This document shows, one piece after another, positions 26,825-41,613 of a stretch of DNA of 64,000 nucleotides (positions are counted from its first letter, which is position 1; the number at the start of each line of letters is the position of its first letter). This stretch comes from the human T2T-CHM13v2.0 reference genome, Homo sapiens, in the NCBI RefSeq assembly GCF_009914755.1, contig NC_060931.1, one strand, 5' to 3'. Below the pieces are notes generated by a model that saw only the letters and a program-made list of their open reading frames with translations, did no database searches and was not told the DNA's origin. The position numbers and the translations under genes were made by a program.

Positions 26825-27004
26825 ACAAAAAGCATTTACTCTAAAAAACAGAAAAGGGAATGATTATTCACTTTAGCCAATGGACCTCCCTTAAGATAAT
26901 TTTTAAGAGCAAGATTTCCCAATAAATTTATAATAGTTCAATTTATATGCCTTTTTACAGGAATATGTCTAAATATAGAAAGTATAACCTGACACTTGTA
27001 CTTT

Positions 27005-27135
27005 ATAAAGATTTGGCCAAGATTGGCAAAACATAGTAATTGCTAAAGCAGGATAATGAATACACAGGGTTTCTTTATAGTCTATTTTCTCCTTCTGCTT
27101 GGGGTTTGAAATTTTACATTAAAATTTTTTTAAAG
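27005..27135 (+). mobile_element. L1ME 3'-end fragment
   Basis: GATTGGCAAAAC..TAATTGCTAAAGCAGGATAATGAATACACAGGG..TTTGAAATTTT. Confidence 0.6.
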
Positions 27136-29338
27136 ATCTGCCACTAGAAAACTAGAATAAAAATTCTAATTTTCTCTAAAAAATAATAACAAAAAGATGC
27201 ATGACCATCTTCTAACTTAAAGGGAAGTGCATTTTGTAAAGAATATATCCAGGTCAGTAGGGCAATTCAGAGTGATGACTCATTAATTAATAAAACCTAT
27301 TTTTGAATTCAGCAAAGGGTTTCTGCTGTGAAAATGGAGCACCCTTTCGAGAATGTTTTAAAGCATAAGCAAGTGTGTCTGTGGTTAGAGTTGTTAGTGG
27401 ACATGGGAAAAGAACCTCATTGGAAATTATGTCTCCAGAGTGCTTCTCTCACTTTTCAGCTCGACTATTGCACTTGATGCTCAAAGCAAGTGACAAATGC
27501 TGTACTCTTCTCTCCAACATCCCTTCGAGATCATAAGAAGTGACAGAAATTCCTCCTTTTGCTTTCTAGAACTACCTTTTTAGCAGAAGGCTATGGCTTA
27601 TACACAGCTGGCTTTTGCAAATAAACCGTACTTTACATTTATTACTGTGCACAAAGCATTTCTTATTCTTGGTTTATTGACAAATCCAATCATGGCTTTT
27701 AAAACATTTGTCTACATCCCAACTATTTCCTCTTACTGCGCCATCCACACCACCGTTCCTCGGTGGTGCGTCTCTCACTGTGTAAATTCCTGAGATGAAA
27801 TCGTTTCCATACTGTTTCCCCTGAGATTTCCCCTTGTTTTGAAAGATTCTTCTTCTCACCTCCCTAGCCTCTTAAAACCTCAATATGATGTTTTCCTCAA
27901 GTTCAATTATTACTTCAGAGGCACATTGAACAAACACTTTTGTATTCATTCACTTATTCCTTTGCAATGCAAACCAACATGCCATTTCCCAGATCATAGG
28001 TCTTTTTCCAAAATACGCCATAACCTATGCACAAATTATTTCCATTTTCTATTTTTAAATAGCAAATGTACAGTCAAGCAACCAAACTGAAAGTTTTGGC
28101 ATTAAAAAATAAGTTGATAATGTTTCTTAATTAGTTACTATCTTGGAACTGAGAGACCAAGATGATTTTTAATAGTTGCAATTTTTTTCTTGAAAGTTCT
28201 ATTTGGAGCACTATAAAAACGCTTCCATTTTATAAGTATTATTTCAAGGCTAAAACTGCATTGACAAATGAAAATAAAGTGTTAGCTTAAAAATAGAGCC
28301 TTGTCCATCAAGACAGCTTGCAAAGCAAAACAGACCCATAGGCAGCTGCAATCTTTGTATATATTACCAAATTTCTGGTGGGAAAAATGTTATATTGCTT
28401 AGTTTGGATTAACTATTATTGTACAGATACGTACAAGATGTATAAAAAACATATGGTTAGGGCCAATTTTGCCCTTTGAAGATAAAAGCACCAGAAAAGA
28501 AAATGTTGGCAGTTCCCTGTACACCACCAGAGCTGTTTAATTTGTACCATACTTTGCCAGTCATTGGAAGTGGAGATCTCTGAGGCTTCTGTGATCTGTA
28601 ATGAAGATGATTTTCGGAGAAGGGCAGTGAAAAAATTATTGCCAAACTGCATAAGCTCCTTGTTGCCAGGCCGATACAGTATTGTAAATCCACAAAACAC
28701 AGTTTCAAAAACAAATTTTCACAACTCTGAAGCAGAATAGCTCTTATGGCCACAAAAGCTTTGTCTCTTACAAGCCTGCATTCTGAACACATCCTCTTGG
28801 GCCTCTAGTGAGTGGTAACCCTGTTTTAAGAATGTCTCCAGTGTTAACAGCCTATTTTTATGCTTAATAAAAAATTTCATTAGACAGCCACCAAAGAGGA
28901 TTTTGGAGAAAATACTCTCTCTTTTAAAAATGTCGTCCTTTTTTAAAAGGTTTTATAGGAAAGAAAAGTAGAGATCCACAACAGGGCACATGTAATAGGT
29001 ATGAAATGCAGAAATATCCAAGACAGAGGCCCACGCATTACCACATTCTTGGAAGAAGGGCTTGTCTTCAAGAGAGTCTAACCAGTATGACGTTAGTGCC
29101 TCGAATTTATTATCATCAAGGCACTCTGGCAGGAGAGTACGTTTTAGAACTTGCCTTATACCCTAATGAAATCTCAGTGTTGTTCTGATTGCAAACCAGA
29201 TGCATGCACTCTGGGCAGAGCAGTGCTGAGTCTGTGCATTGCCACCTACTTGATGTGTAGTGATGCCAGACCCAACTTGAACACATTGGAATGGTGTGCC
29301 TGAAAACTGGCAGAACGGATTCCAAAGAATTTCCTTAG

Positions 29339-29818
<480 letters not shown>

Positions 29819-29834
29819 AATCCCCCCAATCCCA

Positions 29835-30033
29835 TTCTCACCATGTGATATGCTGGCTCCCCCTTTGCCTTCCACCATGATTGTAAGCTTCCCGAGGCCT
29901 CACCAAAAGCAGCTGTGGGTACTATGCTTCATGTACAGTCTGCAGAACCATTAGGCAATTAAGCCTCTTTTCTTTATAAATTACCCAGCCTCAGGCATTT
30001 CTTTACAGCAATGCAAAAAAATGGCCTAATACA
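29835..30033 (+). mobile_element. MSTB-like LTR, 3' half only
   Basis: GCCTTCCACCATGATTGTAAGCTTCCCGAGGCCTCACC...ATAAATTACCCAGCCTCAGG...CTAATACA. Confidence 0.88.
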
Positions 30034-30872
30034 ATCATTGATTACTGACTTCAGAGCTATGGGTAGGTTCATTGCTTTGTTTTGTTTTGTTTTATCTCCT
30101 TCACATTTCTCTCTGGCCCTCTTTGCATGGTGCTTTTAAGAGATAAGACACCATGGGTATACTTCTACAAAGCTAGCCCAGGAAGGGGCCCTTATGACAT
30201 TTTAGAGCTCAGTCTATTCTTCTGCCTCCGTGCAAGATATTTACTGGAATCTTGACACTCATATAACAATGTTTTTGTGAAGCATTCCATAGCAAGGCCA
30301 TGGAATTTGGAGTTAGAGCTGGGTTTGAATACTGAATTTGCTCATTCATAAATTTTAGCACTAAACTCTCTTTTCCAGACCCACCTTGCTGCTTCTTTGT
30401 CACATCCTATTGGCAGATCTCTTTGGTTGCCACTTATAGTGTCATTGTGCTTAGAAATAAATTGTCTTCCCAGTCTGCAGACTACAGGTAGGAGAGGAAG
30501 CATTTGCTGAGCCTTACCTATTGTCTCCCAGGTGTGAGAATTGGCTCTAAAGCAATAACAGAAAAACAGTTTATCAAAATCTGATTTACTTAAAAATCAA
30601 TTGCTGAATGATCCATTTATCTAAATGCCCAATTCACTGAATTTTTCAAATTTACTGATTTATTAAAAACTAGTTTATTTCAACTATTTACAGAGTTTAC
30701 AGAAATTTTTATTGGACAGAATGGTTTTAACAGCTATTGAAATAAGACTGCTTCAAAGTTATAATTAACTGTGTTTCATTTTCTCCTCATAATAACACAA
30801 GAAATATTCCATTGATCAAAAGAAAAGAATCACAAGGTGATTTGGTCTCTTTATTAATGTATTTAATATTAA

Positions 30873-31167
<295 letters not shown>

Positions 31168-31264
31168 TAGTTCTTTGTTAATAACCAAAATTGTATTGTT
31201 TTACAAGATAATTTTTTATTTTGTACGATTTCTTTCTCATATCTTTTTATATAAGTTTCTGTCC

Positions 31265-31485
31265 TGTTCCAAGTTCAAATCAAGACTCTGCCACATCTGG
31301 TCGGCCCTGGCCAAGTTGCTTCATCTCTCTGTGCCTTATTTCCCTCCACTGGAAAATGGGAATACTAATAGCAGTTACTCTGCAGAGCTGTTGGGAGGAT
31401 TAATGTTGTTTATTACATATGTAAAGTGCTTAGAACAGCAACCGACCTGTAGGAAGGACCAAATGAATATAAACCATTATTATAG
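31265..31485 (+). mobile_element. MIR
   Basis: GTTCAAATC..CTCTGCCAC..CTCTCTGTGCCT..AAAATGGGAATA..GTAAAGTGCTTAGAACAG. Confidence 0.85.
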
Positions 31486-31559
31486 TTTTTTTTAAATGTC
31501 ATATTGAAGCATTTCTTCCTGACAGTTACCTTCAATGAATTTTGAAAACCCCTTATTTT

Positions 31560-31778
31560 GATTCACTCTAGATTTTCCGCCACCAGGAAAAGTCTTTCTG
31601 CCCTACCTGTGCTGTGATATCATCTTGAATATGCCTCTATGAAGGCACATGCCAGCATCCACATTCCCCTTAAGCTGTGAGCAGAGTCCGCAGCCCATTC
31701 ATCTCTGTATGCTGTCATGCCACTAGCACTGTGCCTACTGCCTGGTGAGCCTTCCAAAAGCCTTTGCCAAATGAACAG
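31560..31778 (+). mobile_element. L2 3'-end fragment
   Basis: TAAGCTGTGAGC..TTCATCTCTGTAT..CTAGCACTGTGCCT. Confidence 0.55.
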
Positions 31779-34700
31779 GTAAATGTTGCCGATGTACTCA
31801 GCACATGACTAGTGTCTGGGCTCATCCTTTTGTGTTGGTTCTCACTGGCTTCTATTTCGAAGGGTGGCCTTTTTGCAAACTCCTGCCTTCGTTCTGGAAT
31901 ACATTCTCTTCTGAGCAAACAGTTCCCATCTCCACTTAGCATCCACACCCTTCCTTCCCTTGGAGCCAAGGAACCGCAATACATTAACAGGCATGCTTAT
32001 TCTCAGAGGTATCTCCCTGCGATGAGGTGTAAATTAATGCCAGCCTGACCACTCTGGTTCATTAAAGACCAGATGGTAATTTTTGCAAGAGGAGCAAATG
32101 AACCCTACTGGCCTGGCCCAAATCCAACCTGGATAATTTCCTCCTGGCTACACAATATCCTCCCTCTCATTTCAGACACAGAAATGATTTTCACTTCATC
32201 CTCAGAAACCTCGCTAGGCAGGGCCAGGCTGGCTTCTTACCACCACTGTTGCATGGATGCAGGCTAGCAAGCAGCATTCATCTGGGGGATCTGCGAAGTG
32301 CTCTGGAGCAAGTAGGGCAACGTAAATCCAAGGCTTTAATCATATATTTGGAAAAATAAGACAGTCAACTTGAATGAAAACCCTTCATCTTCTAGTGCAT
32401 TTTTAAATGTTTTAAGCTACAAGAGTGACCAGAAGTTTATTGCACCTACAAAAAAAATGGGGGGATGTAATTTGGACATTAATTGTTTTTGTTAAAATCA
32501 TAGAAATAATGGCTTATCCTCAGTCTAGGTAGTCCCTGGAGTGGGTCCGCTTTTGACATTCAAGCTACATAAAGTAGTCATGAATGGGTCTTCACTGGAG
32601 CAAATCCCATTTGTTATTATTATGGAGAGAAGTTGGGGGATATAGCAAGAACTATGGATGACTGCTCAGCATGCTGCTGCTTGCATAGGGGAAGAACTGA
32701 TTGGCAGGACGGATGGAACCAATCAGGTTGACCATGAAATGTCCAGGGCCAAATGCCAAGGTCAAGAATGCCCAGGGTGGATCTGATTGGCACAAAGGTA
32801 AACAGATCAAGCACAAGGCATAAGTGAGTGAGGGCTGGTTAGGAACACCATTCCTCATAGGCCTGCAGGTCCTGACTCCTCTGCACGAGATTATCCAGAG
32901 CACTCTGAATTCACTCAACGCATGGACAAAGTTCCTAAAGTAGTTTATGATTATGTATTGGCTTGCCACTCTTGGAAAAACCTGTGGCTCGGAATTCTCC
33001 ACACCTCCCGAGATATGGTTTGTATGGAATGGGCTGAAGCATATTTTCTCCACTCAGATAAACATCAGGCAGTCTCAGAAGACCATGCATAGCTTATTGC
33101 AGGAACGTAGGGAAGCACTGACTTGCCCACAAAAGCATTCTCTTCACCGGTAGACTTGGCTCAAATGTGGCTCAGAGAAGCTATGTCTTGACTCAAGCTA
33201 ATACTTAGTAATAAAGCTTCCTGGGAAGGTAAGACTGCCAAAGTTTAAGTGGTGGGTTTTTATGACCAGGATTATGGTCCATTAAGGGACGAGGATGAAA
33301 ACACCAGCTTGTTTCATTTTGATCTCTTCTCTAGGCCGAACCACCATCCTATTTCCAATTAAAGTCCCACAAGAAAAATGCTGACGTTTCTCCTACAGAA
33401 ACAATCCTCCTGGCTCTTTCCCAAAAAACCCACCATCGTCTGAAGCCACATCCTCACAGCATCAAGATTCTGCAGTTTTGTTTTCTCCAAGAGAATAAAT
33501 GGCCTATAAATAAAATGAGCATTCATTGATTTTTTTTAATAAGAAAAGAGAGCACATGAGATTTGTTGAATCTGAATGGGATGTGGAAACAGTGTTCCCT
33601 TCACTGATGGAGAATGAGAGTCCTTCCCATTGATGATCTTGGCTTTGTGCTGAGGAAGGTGTACATCAGCACCTAACTATTACAGTGAAACCACATGACC
33701 ACGAAACATTATTCAGCTTTCACCTTTACCTTACCCTGTGTCTCAGGGAATGAGAGTGAACAACCTTATTCCTTCAGTAGTTAGTTCCAACAATGACTGC
33801 CATACCTGGCAAAGAAAGGTTCCTTCACTTCCAGACATGGTCTGGTCATTTTTGAGACCAAGGTGCACAGGTGTCATGAGGGCACTCTAGGAAAATCCTA
33901 CTGGGTAAGAATACTGGGATGGAGAAATTAAACAACTATTCAACTATTTAGGAAGGCTTGGATCTGTCCCACATTTCAAAGGATGTCAATGTGATAAACT
34001 ATCCTTTGGACTTTTCCAATAATGAGTTTTTAAAAATAGCTTTGCATCATGTATTGAAATAAATTTCAATCTAACCAAAGAGATCTCATATGTACATAAG
34101 GAATCTCTCAAAAGCTATTCAAAAGGAAGTAAAAGTGAATAATAATAAACTATTTTTATAAGAAATACTGAAGAGCCCTATCAAGGAAAATATCTAAAAG
34201 GTTGTAAAATAAAGTCATCCTTAGGTTAACACAAGAAAGCCCCAAGAAAGATAAGCCAATTTCTCTTTAAGAATATTTTCATCAAGCCAAGAGATTTCAA
34301 ATAAATCCAAACTGAAAACAAAACAAAATGGAAGTTCTAACATCACCTGGCTTATGTGTGTTCTGTCAACACTTACTAAATAACACATTCACCTATTTCT
34401 GAACACACAAAAGGAAAATATCCTTCATGGACAGCCAGACCAAATGTTTGTTAATGGAAAATTAAGGACAAATGCAAATTTTTGCAACAACTATAATTTG
34501 GCTCAAATTGTCTTTCTGTCTCTCCTCCCCTTCCCATGACCCACCCCAGGATACATTTATCCCAAATGATTGTTTGGTTTATCTTCATACAGCAAGGCAT
34601 GTGAGGCATGATATGTCCAAGGGGAAGATTTTCCTTTTTTCTTTACCCACGCTTTAAGATTTTCTAGAGGCTGGGGGGAAGGAAGATGTCTGTGGGCTGT

Positions 34701-34985
34701 GGGCTGTGGGCTGAGGTTATCCCCTGGCTGGGAATTGGATGAAGAATTCCTCTTTAGTAGGAATGCCTTCTCTCACAGGATGTTCAGAGGGGACAGAGGT
34801 GGCATACACTGAACCTGGAAGCTTGATGCCATCGAAATTTAAACTTGCAATCTGCTTTTATGTAATTACAGATAACAGATAAGCTGCAAATGGCCACCAA
34901 AAAAATCTCTTTCAAGTTACCATTCCCTAAAGATGACTAAATGAACTGCTGGAATTTTCAAGGAGAATTAATATTTAATGGGAGG

Positions 34986-35388
34986 TGTCTTAGTCTGCTC
35001 AGGCTGCCATAACAAAGTACCATGGACTGGGGGGCTTGAACAACAGAAATTTGTTTTTCCACTGTTCTGAAAGCTGGGAAGTCCAAGATCAAGATGCCAG
35101 CAGAGTTGGTGTCTGATAAGAGCTCTCTTCTTGGGTTGCAGATGGCCAATTTTTCACTGTTTCTTCACATGGTGAAGAGAGAGAGCAAGAGGAAGAAAAG
35201 AGAGAATGAGTGCTCTGATGTCTCTCCCAATAAGGACACTAATTCTATCAATCAGAGCCCCACCCACATGACCTCATCTAGCCTGAATTACTTCTGTAAT
35301 GGCCTTGTCACCAAATACAGTCACATACTTAGTGGTTAGAGCTTTAATCTACTAATTTGGTGGGAAGAACAAAGTTCAGTCCGTGGTA
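34986..35388 (-). mobile_element. MLT1A/MLT1B-like LTR
   Basis: TGTCTTAGTCTGCTCAGGCTGCCATAACAAAGTACC...GCTGGGAAGTCCAAGATCAAG...TTCAGTCC. Confidence 0.9.
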
Positions 35389-35501
35389 GAGGGGTAATAT
35401 TCAAAATATTTAACCACTGGATACAGGCCCCAACCAATCAGAAGAGACGCTTACCACATCTGCCAGCTGGACTGGTTCATGCAAGCTGAGTATTAGCTCT
35501 G
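35389..35501. mobile_element. Short old hAT-type MITE (Tip100-like)
   Basis: Imperfect TIRs GGGTAATATTCA ... TGAGTATTAGCTCTG; internal ACCAATCAGAA. Confidence 0.45.
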
Positions 35502-35590
35502 CCCTATGAACCTGGAAACCAAAAAAGCAGAAGTCTTCCTCTTCACCTCCTCCTGGAAAAGTCTCCACTGTGTATTTAAAAGATGGCTCT

Positions 35591-35911
35591 GGCTAGGTGT
35601 AGTGGCTCACACCTGTAATCCCAGCACTTTGGGAGGCTGAGGGGGGAATCACTTGAGGTTGGGAGTTTAGGACCAGCCTGGCCAACATGGTGAAACCCTG
35701 TCCCTACTAAAAATATTTTTAAAAAATAGCTGAGTGTGGTGGCAGACACCTGTAAGCCCAGCTACTTGAAGGGGCTGAGGCAGGAGAATCGCTTGAACCC
35801 AGGAGGCTTGGGTTGCAGTGAGCCGATATGGCCCTACTACACTCCAGCCTGGGCGACAAAGTGAGATTCCATCTCAAAAAAAAAAAAAAAAATTAAGAAT
35901 TAAAAAAAAAA
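35591..35911 (+). mobile_element. AluS
   Basis: Full dimer with A tail; TSD AAAAGATGGCTC on both sides. Confidence 0.94.
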
Positions 35912-36954
35912 AAAAGATGGCTCCTACATAGTACATTGCCCAAAATAATGTAAAAATAGTTCTTATCCAATCCTGCATGGAAGTAACATGTTGCTTTATC
36001 AATATAAATATATTTTAATTTATCAATCTATTAATAGTGTTTATCTGGGGAGAAGAAAATTGTTGGAAGCATTCATTGTATAGATTATATAGTTTTATCA
36101 TGTGTGTGTATTATTTTGTAATCAAAAAGCAAGCATTCAACCTCTTTTAATTTGTAAATATGCCCAATCTTTAGTCCTTAAAATCCTAAAAAAAAAAAAT
36201 CAACTACTCTAGCTTCAGAGTTTTGCCTGGGGTTTTTCCTATTAGAATTAAACTATTGCATGAAGAACTGGATCTGTGCTAAACATAAAAACAACTTTTT
36301 TCATTCATGTGGATAGTTTATTTCTTGTTCCAGAGTTGGCTTTTTTAAAAAATGTCAAAAATGACAAATTTCTAAATGAGAAATTGAAATGTTTACGAAG
36401 ACCATTCTAATGGTATTCAAAGGAGTGGCTGTCAGGAGGACCCCAGCCACTCTTTAAGCATGGTTACAGTCTCTCTCCCCTAAATAATGAAATCACCCCT
36501 TTTCTTCCTCAGCATTTGAAGAATGAAGACTTATTTCCCCAAAAGGAGATGTTATGTCCACAAGGAAGACAGCCCAGATCATGTTTCCACATGGGTTTCC
36601 TGCTTGATATCTGTGTTAGTTTTACAACCTACACTGCAAGATATTTAATATTCCTTCCACTAAACACTAGAATCACTGTCTGGGCATTATGACATTTACT
36701 AATTATCCCTTGGGTGTAGTTCTGCTAAGAACCACTGCATCTAACCAAGCTAGACCACTTATAGTATCCAAAATATTCCACGCAATGCTGTGCCTCTAGA
36801 CTCATTACATATTCTGTTTCTTGTAATTGAAATGTTCATCTGACCTTTCTTCTTTGTCCATTGAATTGTTATTCACCCTTCCTAACTTTGCAAAGGCTTT
36901 CCCCATTCTCCTCACACCACATTTCCCATGCCCAGCTTTGAATATTGCACTTCA

Positions 36955-37330
36955 TTAGCCAATGAGTTTATATACAAATAACTCAAAACCTGAATAACAG
37001 TGGCTCTCAACCAAAAGACAAATAAGAAGTCTGAAAGGGAATCAATTCAAGACTGTTTCAGTAGCTCAATTTTATTATTCAAAACTCATGCCTTTTCCTT
37101 CCTTCAATCAACCATCATCAGTATATTGGCTTTTCATCTTCTTGCTAATTGACTCATGGTTGCAAGGTGGCTACCAGAACTCTAACATCATGCCCTCACA
37201 CCACTGTTCCAGTTAAGTGGGAAGGAGATTATCAGAAGAAACATGTTTTTTTTTCATCTGGGAAGTAAATCTGCACTCACAGACATCTCCCTGTGTCTGG
37301 TTAGCCACAACTGTTCCACAAGAATATGCC
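36955..37330 (-). mobile_element. Old ERVL/MaLR-type LTR
   Basis: AATAACAGTGGCT..AAGAAGTCTG..CTCATGGTTGCAAGGTGGCT; same type as 25918-26355. Confidence 0.55.
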
Positions 37331-37619
37331 CTTGTGAATCTCTCTCTGTAGGGCATCTGCAAACCAAGAAATCAGGGATTGGGTCTTATTCACTTTGGAT
37401 TCCTCAGACTCCAGCAGAACAATAAAACAAAGTTTTCCTCTGGAAACAGAGTTTGGATTCAGCTGCCACACCCAACAAAAGGCAACTGGTATACCTGGGA
37501 TCAAGACCAGGTCCCAACCATCTCTCTGTAATTCCAGCCCTTTCTTTCCCTCTCAAATAAGTCTGCAGCTCAGTATCCCTCAGCAATCCTGGCCCACTCT
37601 ATATATAACTAGATGATGA

Positions 37620-37840
37620 TAGTAAAATAACTGTTTATATTTTACATACCACTTTGCAAGGCCTTTTGTTTAACCCTAACATCTACCCTGAAGGTAAATA
37701 GTATGATCCCTATTTTACAGAGAGGAACAGAGGCTCAAGGAGGGTAAGTGTAGTTGCCCGAGTCCACGAAGCTTAAGGCAGCAGGTATAAGGTTGCATCG
37801 CAGGCCACCTGACTCTACGTCTGCTTCAGTCACTCTCTGC
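37620..37840 (-). mobile_element. MIR
   Basis: CCCTATTTTACAGAGAGGAACAGAGGCTCAAGGAGGGTAAGT. Confidence 0.8.
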
Positions 37841-39219
37841 TTCTCACACCCTGGGGCTGCTCTGAGCTAGAAATAAGCAAAATATTGGGCAAGACTCCAT
37901 GAACTCCCCGACCCTCACTACCCCACAAGGAATAAGCTCCTTATCACCATCCAAGCCCATATAGAATGAGCCCAGTGTCTAGACTGCAAGAAAGAGGCAA
38001 GAAATAGTCTTTCTCTCTCCACTGTAGAATGACTGACACATTGCAAGAGAAGGTTTCAGGGTTTCATATAGACCCAATATAAAGGACCCAACTTCTTTTA
38101 AACATAGAGAAAGTGTAAGTGTTTGGTAAGGATAATAAAATTCAATGAATAGTAACTAAACATGCTTATTGAGAACCCAAAATGGGTTGACTCCCAAACA
38201 AAATGCAAAATCAGACCTCGCTGTCTAACAGCAAACTAAGCCATGTCACCAACTACTTTATGAAATAAATATAAAAACAGACTCACACATTATTCTGAGA
38301 TAACAGACACGGGTTCTTTTTAGATTTAAATCATGTACCCTATTATTAAGAGCATTAATAGAAATGTTCCCTGAATGTTTACAAGGTGTTTACTCAGTTT
38401 CTATACTGAAAGTCAGGACATCTTGGTACTGAAAATATTTCATGCCCAACAGTTATACAAAACCACTATTTCTTCGGTTTATAGCCCCTCTTAACCTCTT
38501 TGTGGAAATCTCCAGACCTCAACTACATTCCTTGAAATTTTACAGGGCACAAGAGGAACAGAAATCAGCTCAAAATGAATATGTGTATTCAGAAATGCAT
38601 TGAGATTTTTCCAACTTTTCAGGTACCTCATACAAATTAATCTTCTTAAGGGCCCTGGTGGTCTCTGAATCACTGCTTCACTTCCCCACTTCTCAGCACC
38701 CCCGTTGTATTCTCTTGGTAGGAATAACTGCCAGATCATTAGGGAAGAAAAAGTTTATTGAGTCAAGATCTGGGAGGGCCCCCACAAGGTCAGGAGCAGG
38801 TACCACCAGTTTTACATAATTTTTGCATCTGCACCAATTTGATTTAAGGTTATAAGTGGAATTTATTGGTGAGTATTGTATTATAAAAAAGTGGTTTATA
38901 CCACATTGTCTCATATTTATTATGATTCCGTCAAAAGTGAATTGTATACGTGCTGCCTGCAATGAGCTGATACAATGGGAGCCTGGCTTTTGAAAAACAC
39001 ATTTGTTCTCCTTTCTATTGTCTTTGATGGTTTACTTAGGTGAAAGAAAAATTGTTTTAAAGTTAAAACTGTATCTTTTCCTGTGGCACTAATCACGAAA
39101 TGGAAATTATTAGAATTTTTAAAAAGCAGAAGGAAGTTGAACATGATGTGTTAAGATAATGGCAATAGAGAAAAATAGAATTGTTTGAGTGAAATGTGTA
39201 AAATAAAGAAATTATTTAG

Positions 39220-39838
<619 letters not shown>

Positions 39839-40068
39839 TGATATATCTGAATTAGTAATTCCATCATTCCAAGAGTGAATTACCCACTTTAAGCTCACGG
39901 GAACATCAGAATCCCCTGAGACTACAACCAGATTCCAGTGTCTAGCTTACTCCTCCTTTAATGTGTCCTTAGTCATGGTTGTAATATTACTAGAGTGCAA
40001 AAGAGCACTACAAAAAAAAAATAATAAAAAGTTTACTTCTTGGTCGATTGCTGAGACCCATGATCAGA

Positions 40069-40085
40069 GGCGCCCCTAGTGGCTG
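40069..40085 (-). promoter_or_regulatory. Candidate CTCF-like site
   Basis: Minus strand CAGCCACTAGGGGCGCC, one G short of CCACTAGGGGGCGC; CpG retained. Confidence 0.45.
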
Positions 40086-40269
40086 CCTTAGGATGGAGAG
40101 ACTGATTACCGTTTGGCCATTTTTTTTACCCAGTTATTTTATAAAGGTCTCACATAATCTCACAGGTGCACTTAATGCTTTTCATTTGGCTTAGTTTGAT
40201 TTCCTCTGCCTCTTACCATTCACCATATGGTTCAATATCCTAAATGGTCTTTTTTAATATGTATAAATA

Positions 40270-40445
40270 AAATAATACCATGTCTGGGACTTGCCTCAAA
40301 ATATGCCGGGGGACCTGTAAATGAAACAAGGTTGGCCATGACTGGTCATCTTTGAACCTGGGTGATGAGTACAAAAAGGGTTCATTATGCTTCTCTCTCT
40401 ACTTCTGTATATGTTTAAATCTTTTTTCCAATACAATTTTTGTAA
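40270..40445 (+). mobile_element. L1ME/L1MC 3'-end fragment
   Basis: TGTCTGGGACTTGCCTCAAAATA..ATGAAACAAGGTTGGCCATGA..CTGGGTGATGAGTACA..TTCATTAT. Confidence 0.75.
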
Positions 40446-41550
40446 ATATTGTTGTTAAGAAGTGTTATCATTCTGGTTTGGGGGGTTAGGGTTTTTTTCT
40501 CTTTTGTTTTGGAGAATTTACAGGTAGCTTTCTCCTGGACAGCCAGGCTAATTAATGATCTGGTTTACTCTGAGTGGCTGTAAGAGGGTGGCCATTTTCT
40601 AAGAGTCAGGATACAGACACTTCATTTTATTCTACACAGAGACTGCTACTGATCCATAAGCCAGAGCCAATGTTTAGTTTTATAAAACCCACACTTGGAA
40701 TTCCCTTATAGGTAGAATTCCATCCGCTGTTCATGAAAGGCTGGTTGGAAAGAAAATGGGCCACCCTTGGCTCTCCCTACCCCAAACCTGCAAGTCACTT
40801 AGGTAGAGAAGAAGAGGCACTTCAAGTCCATGGGGAGAAGGGGACAAAAGGGAAGTGAAACAAGAGACACCTGGTTCCCAAGGGAACTTAGCTCAAAAGT
40901 AGAAGGCTGAGACCACGCTGGGTGTCAGTCATCAGCCTGATAAACAATGGGTTAACTGAGGCTGTTCTAACTTGAAACACTGAGAATTGGAGGCCCAAGA
41001 GAATGACAGTATCTGGCAAATATATCTTGAATTAAAATGAATTTCGCTTTATTCCTTTTCTCTTTCCCCTGGAAAAAAACTCTTTAGTTGAAGGATCTCC
41101 AAGGTTTTCTTGATTTTCAAAATTAATCTCTCTCTGGATCTGTTACTAGAATGCAAAGAGTGCAATTATTCCAGAATCATTTGCTTTTTCAGGGCTCTGA
41201 AGACTGGAAAGTCTCTGTGTTCTCATTGCAGCTCAGCTCTCCATTAGACCACCCTCAGAAAATGTTAATAATTAGAAAGGAGCTGGGTGCCTTTCTGAGG
41301 CTTTGTTTCTTTGTATCTTGAATGTTTCCTCTGTAGTGTTGATACTAAAACCTGCTCCATTTGTATAAAATCAGAGACATCAACAAACTGTGTCCTTACA
41401 CAACCCAATGTCATGGTCGTTAGATAAAAATGATTCTCATCGCCTCAAAGAGAGATCTCCAGATTTTTTAAGCCATCCATCCCATCAGTGAAAAATTATA
41501 GAAACTGTATACACATACACATACACTTGATCTTTAACAATGTATACGAA

Positions 41551-41613
41551 CACATAAGTTGGGGAAAGGAAACCCTATTTGATAAATGATGCTGGGAAAA
41601 CTGGCTGGCCACA
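41551..41613 (+). mobile_element. Isolated ~60-bp internal L1P ORF2 fragment
   Basis: GGGGAAAGGAAACCCTATTTGATAAATGATGCTGGGAAAACTGGCTGGCCACA (GKxxLFNKWCWENWLA motif). Confidence 0.8.

Noticed and set aside
33915-34020. Peptide fragment FNYLG resembling a non-LTR RT motif
   Set aside because: Single short motif with no supporting context.
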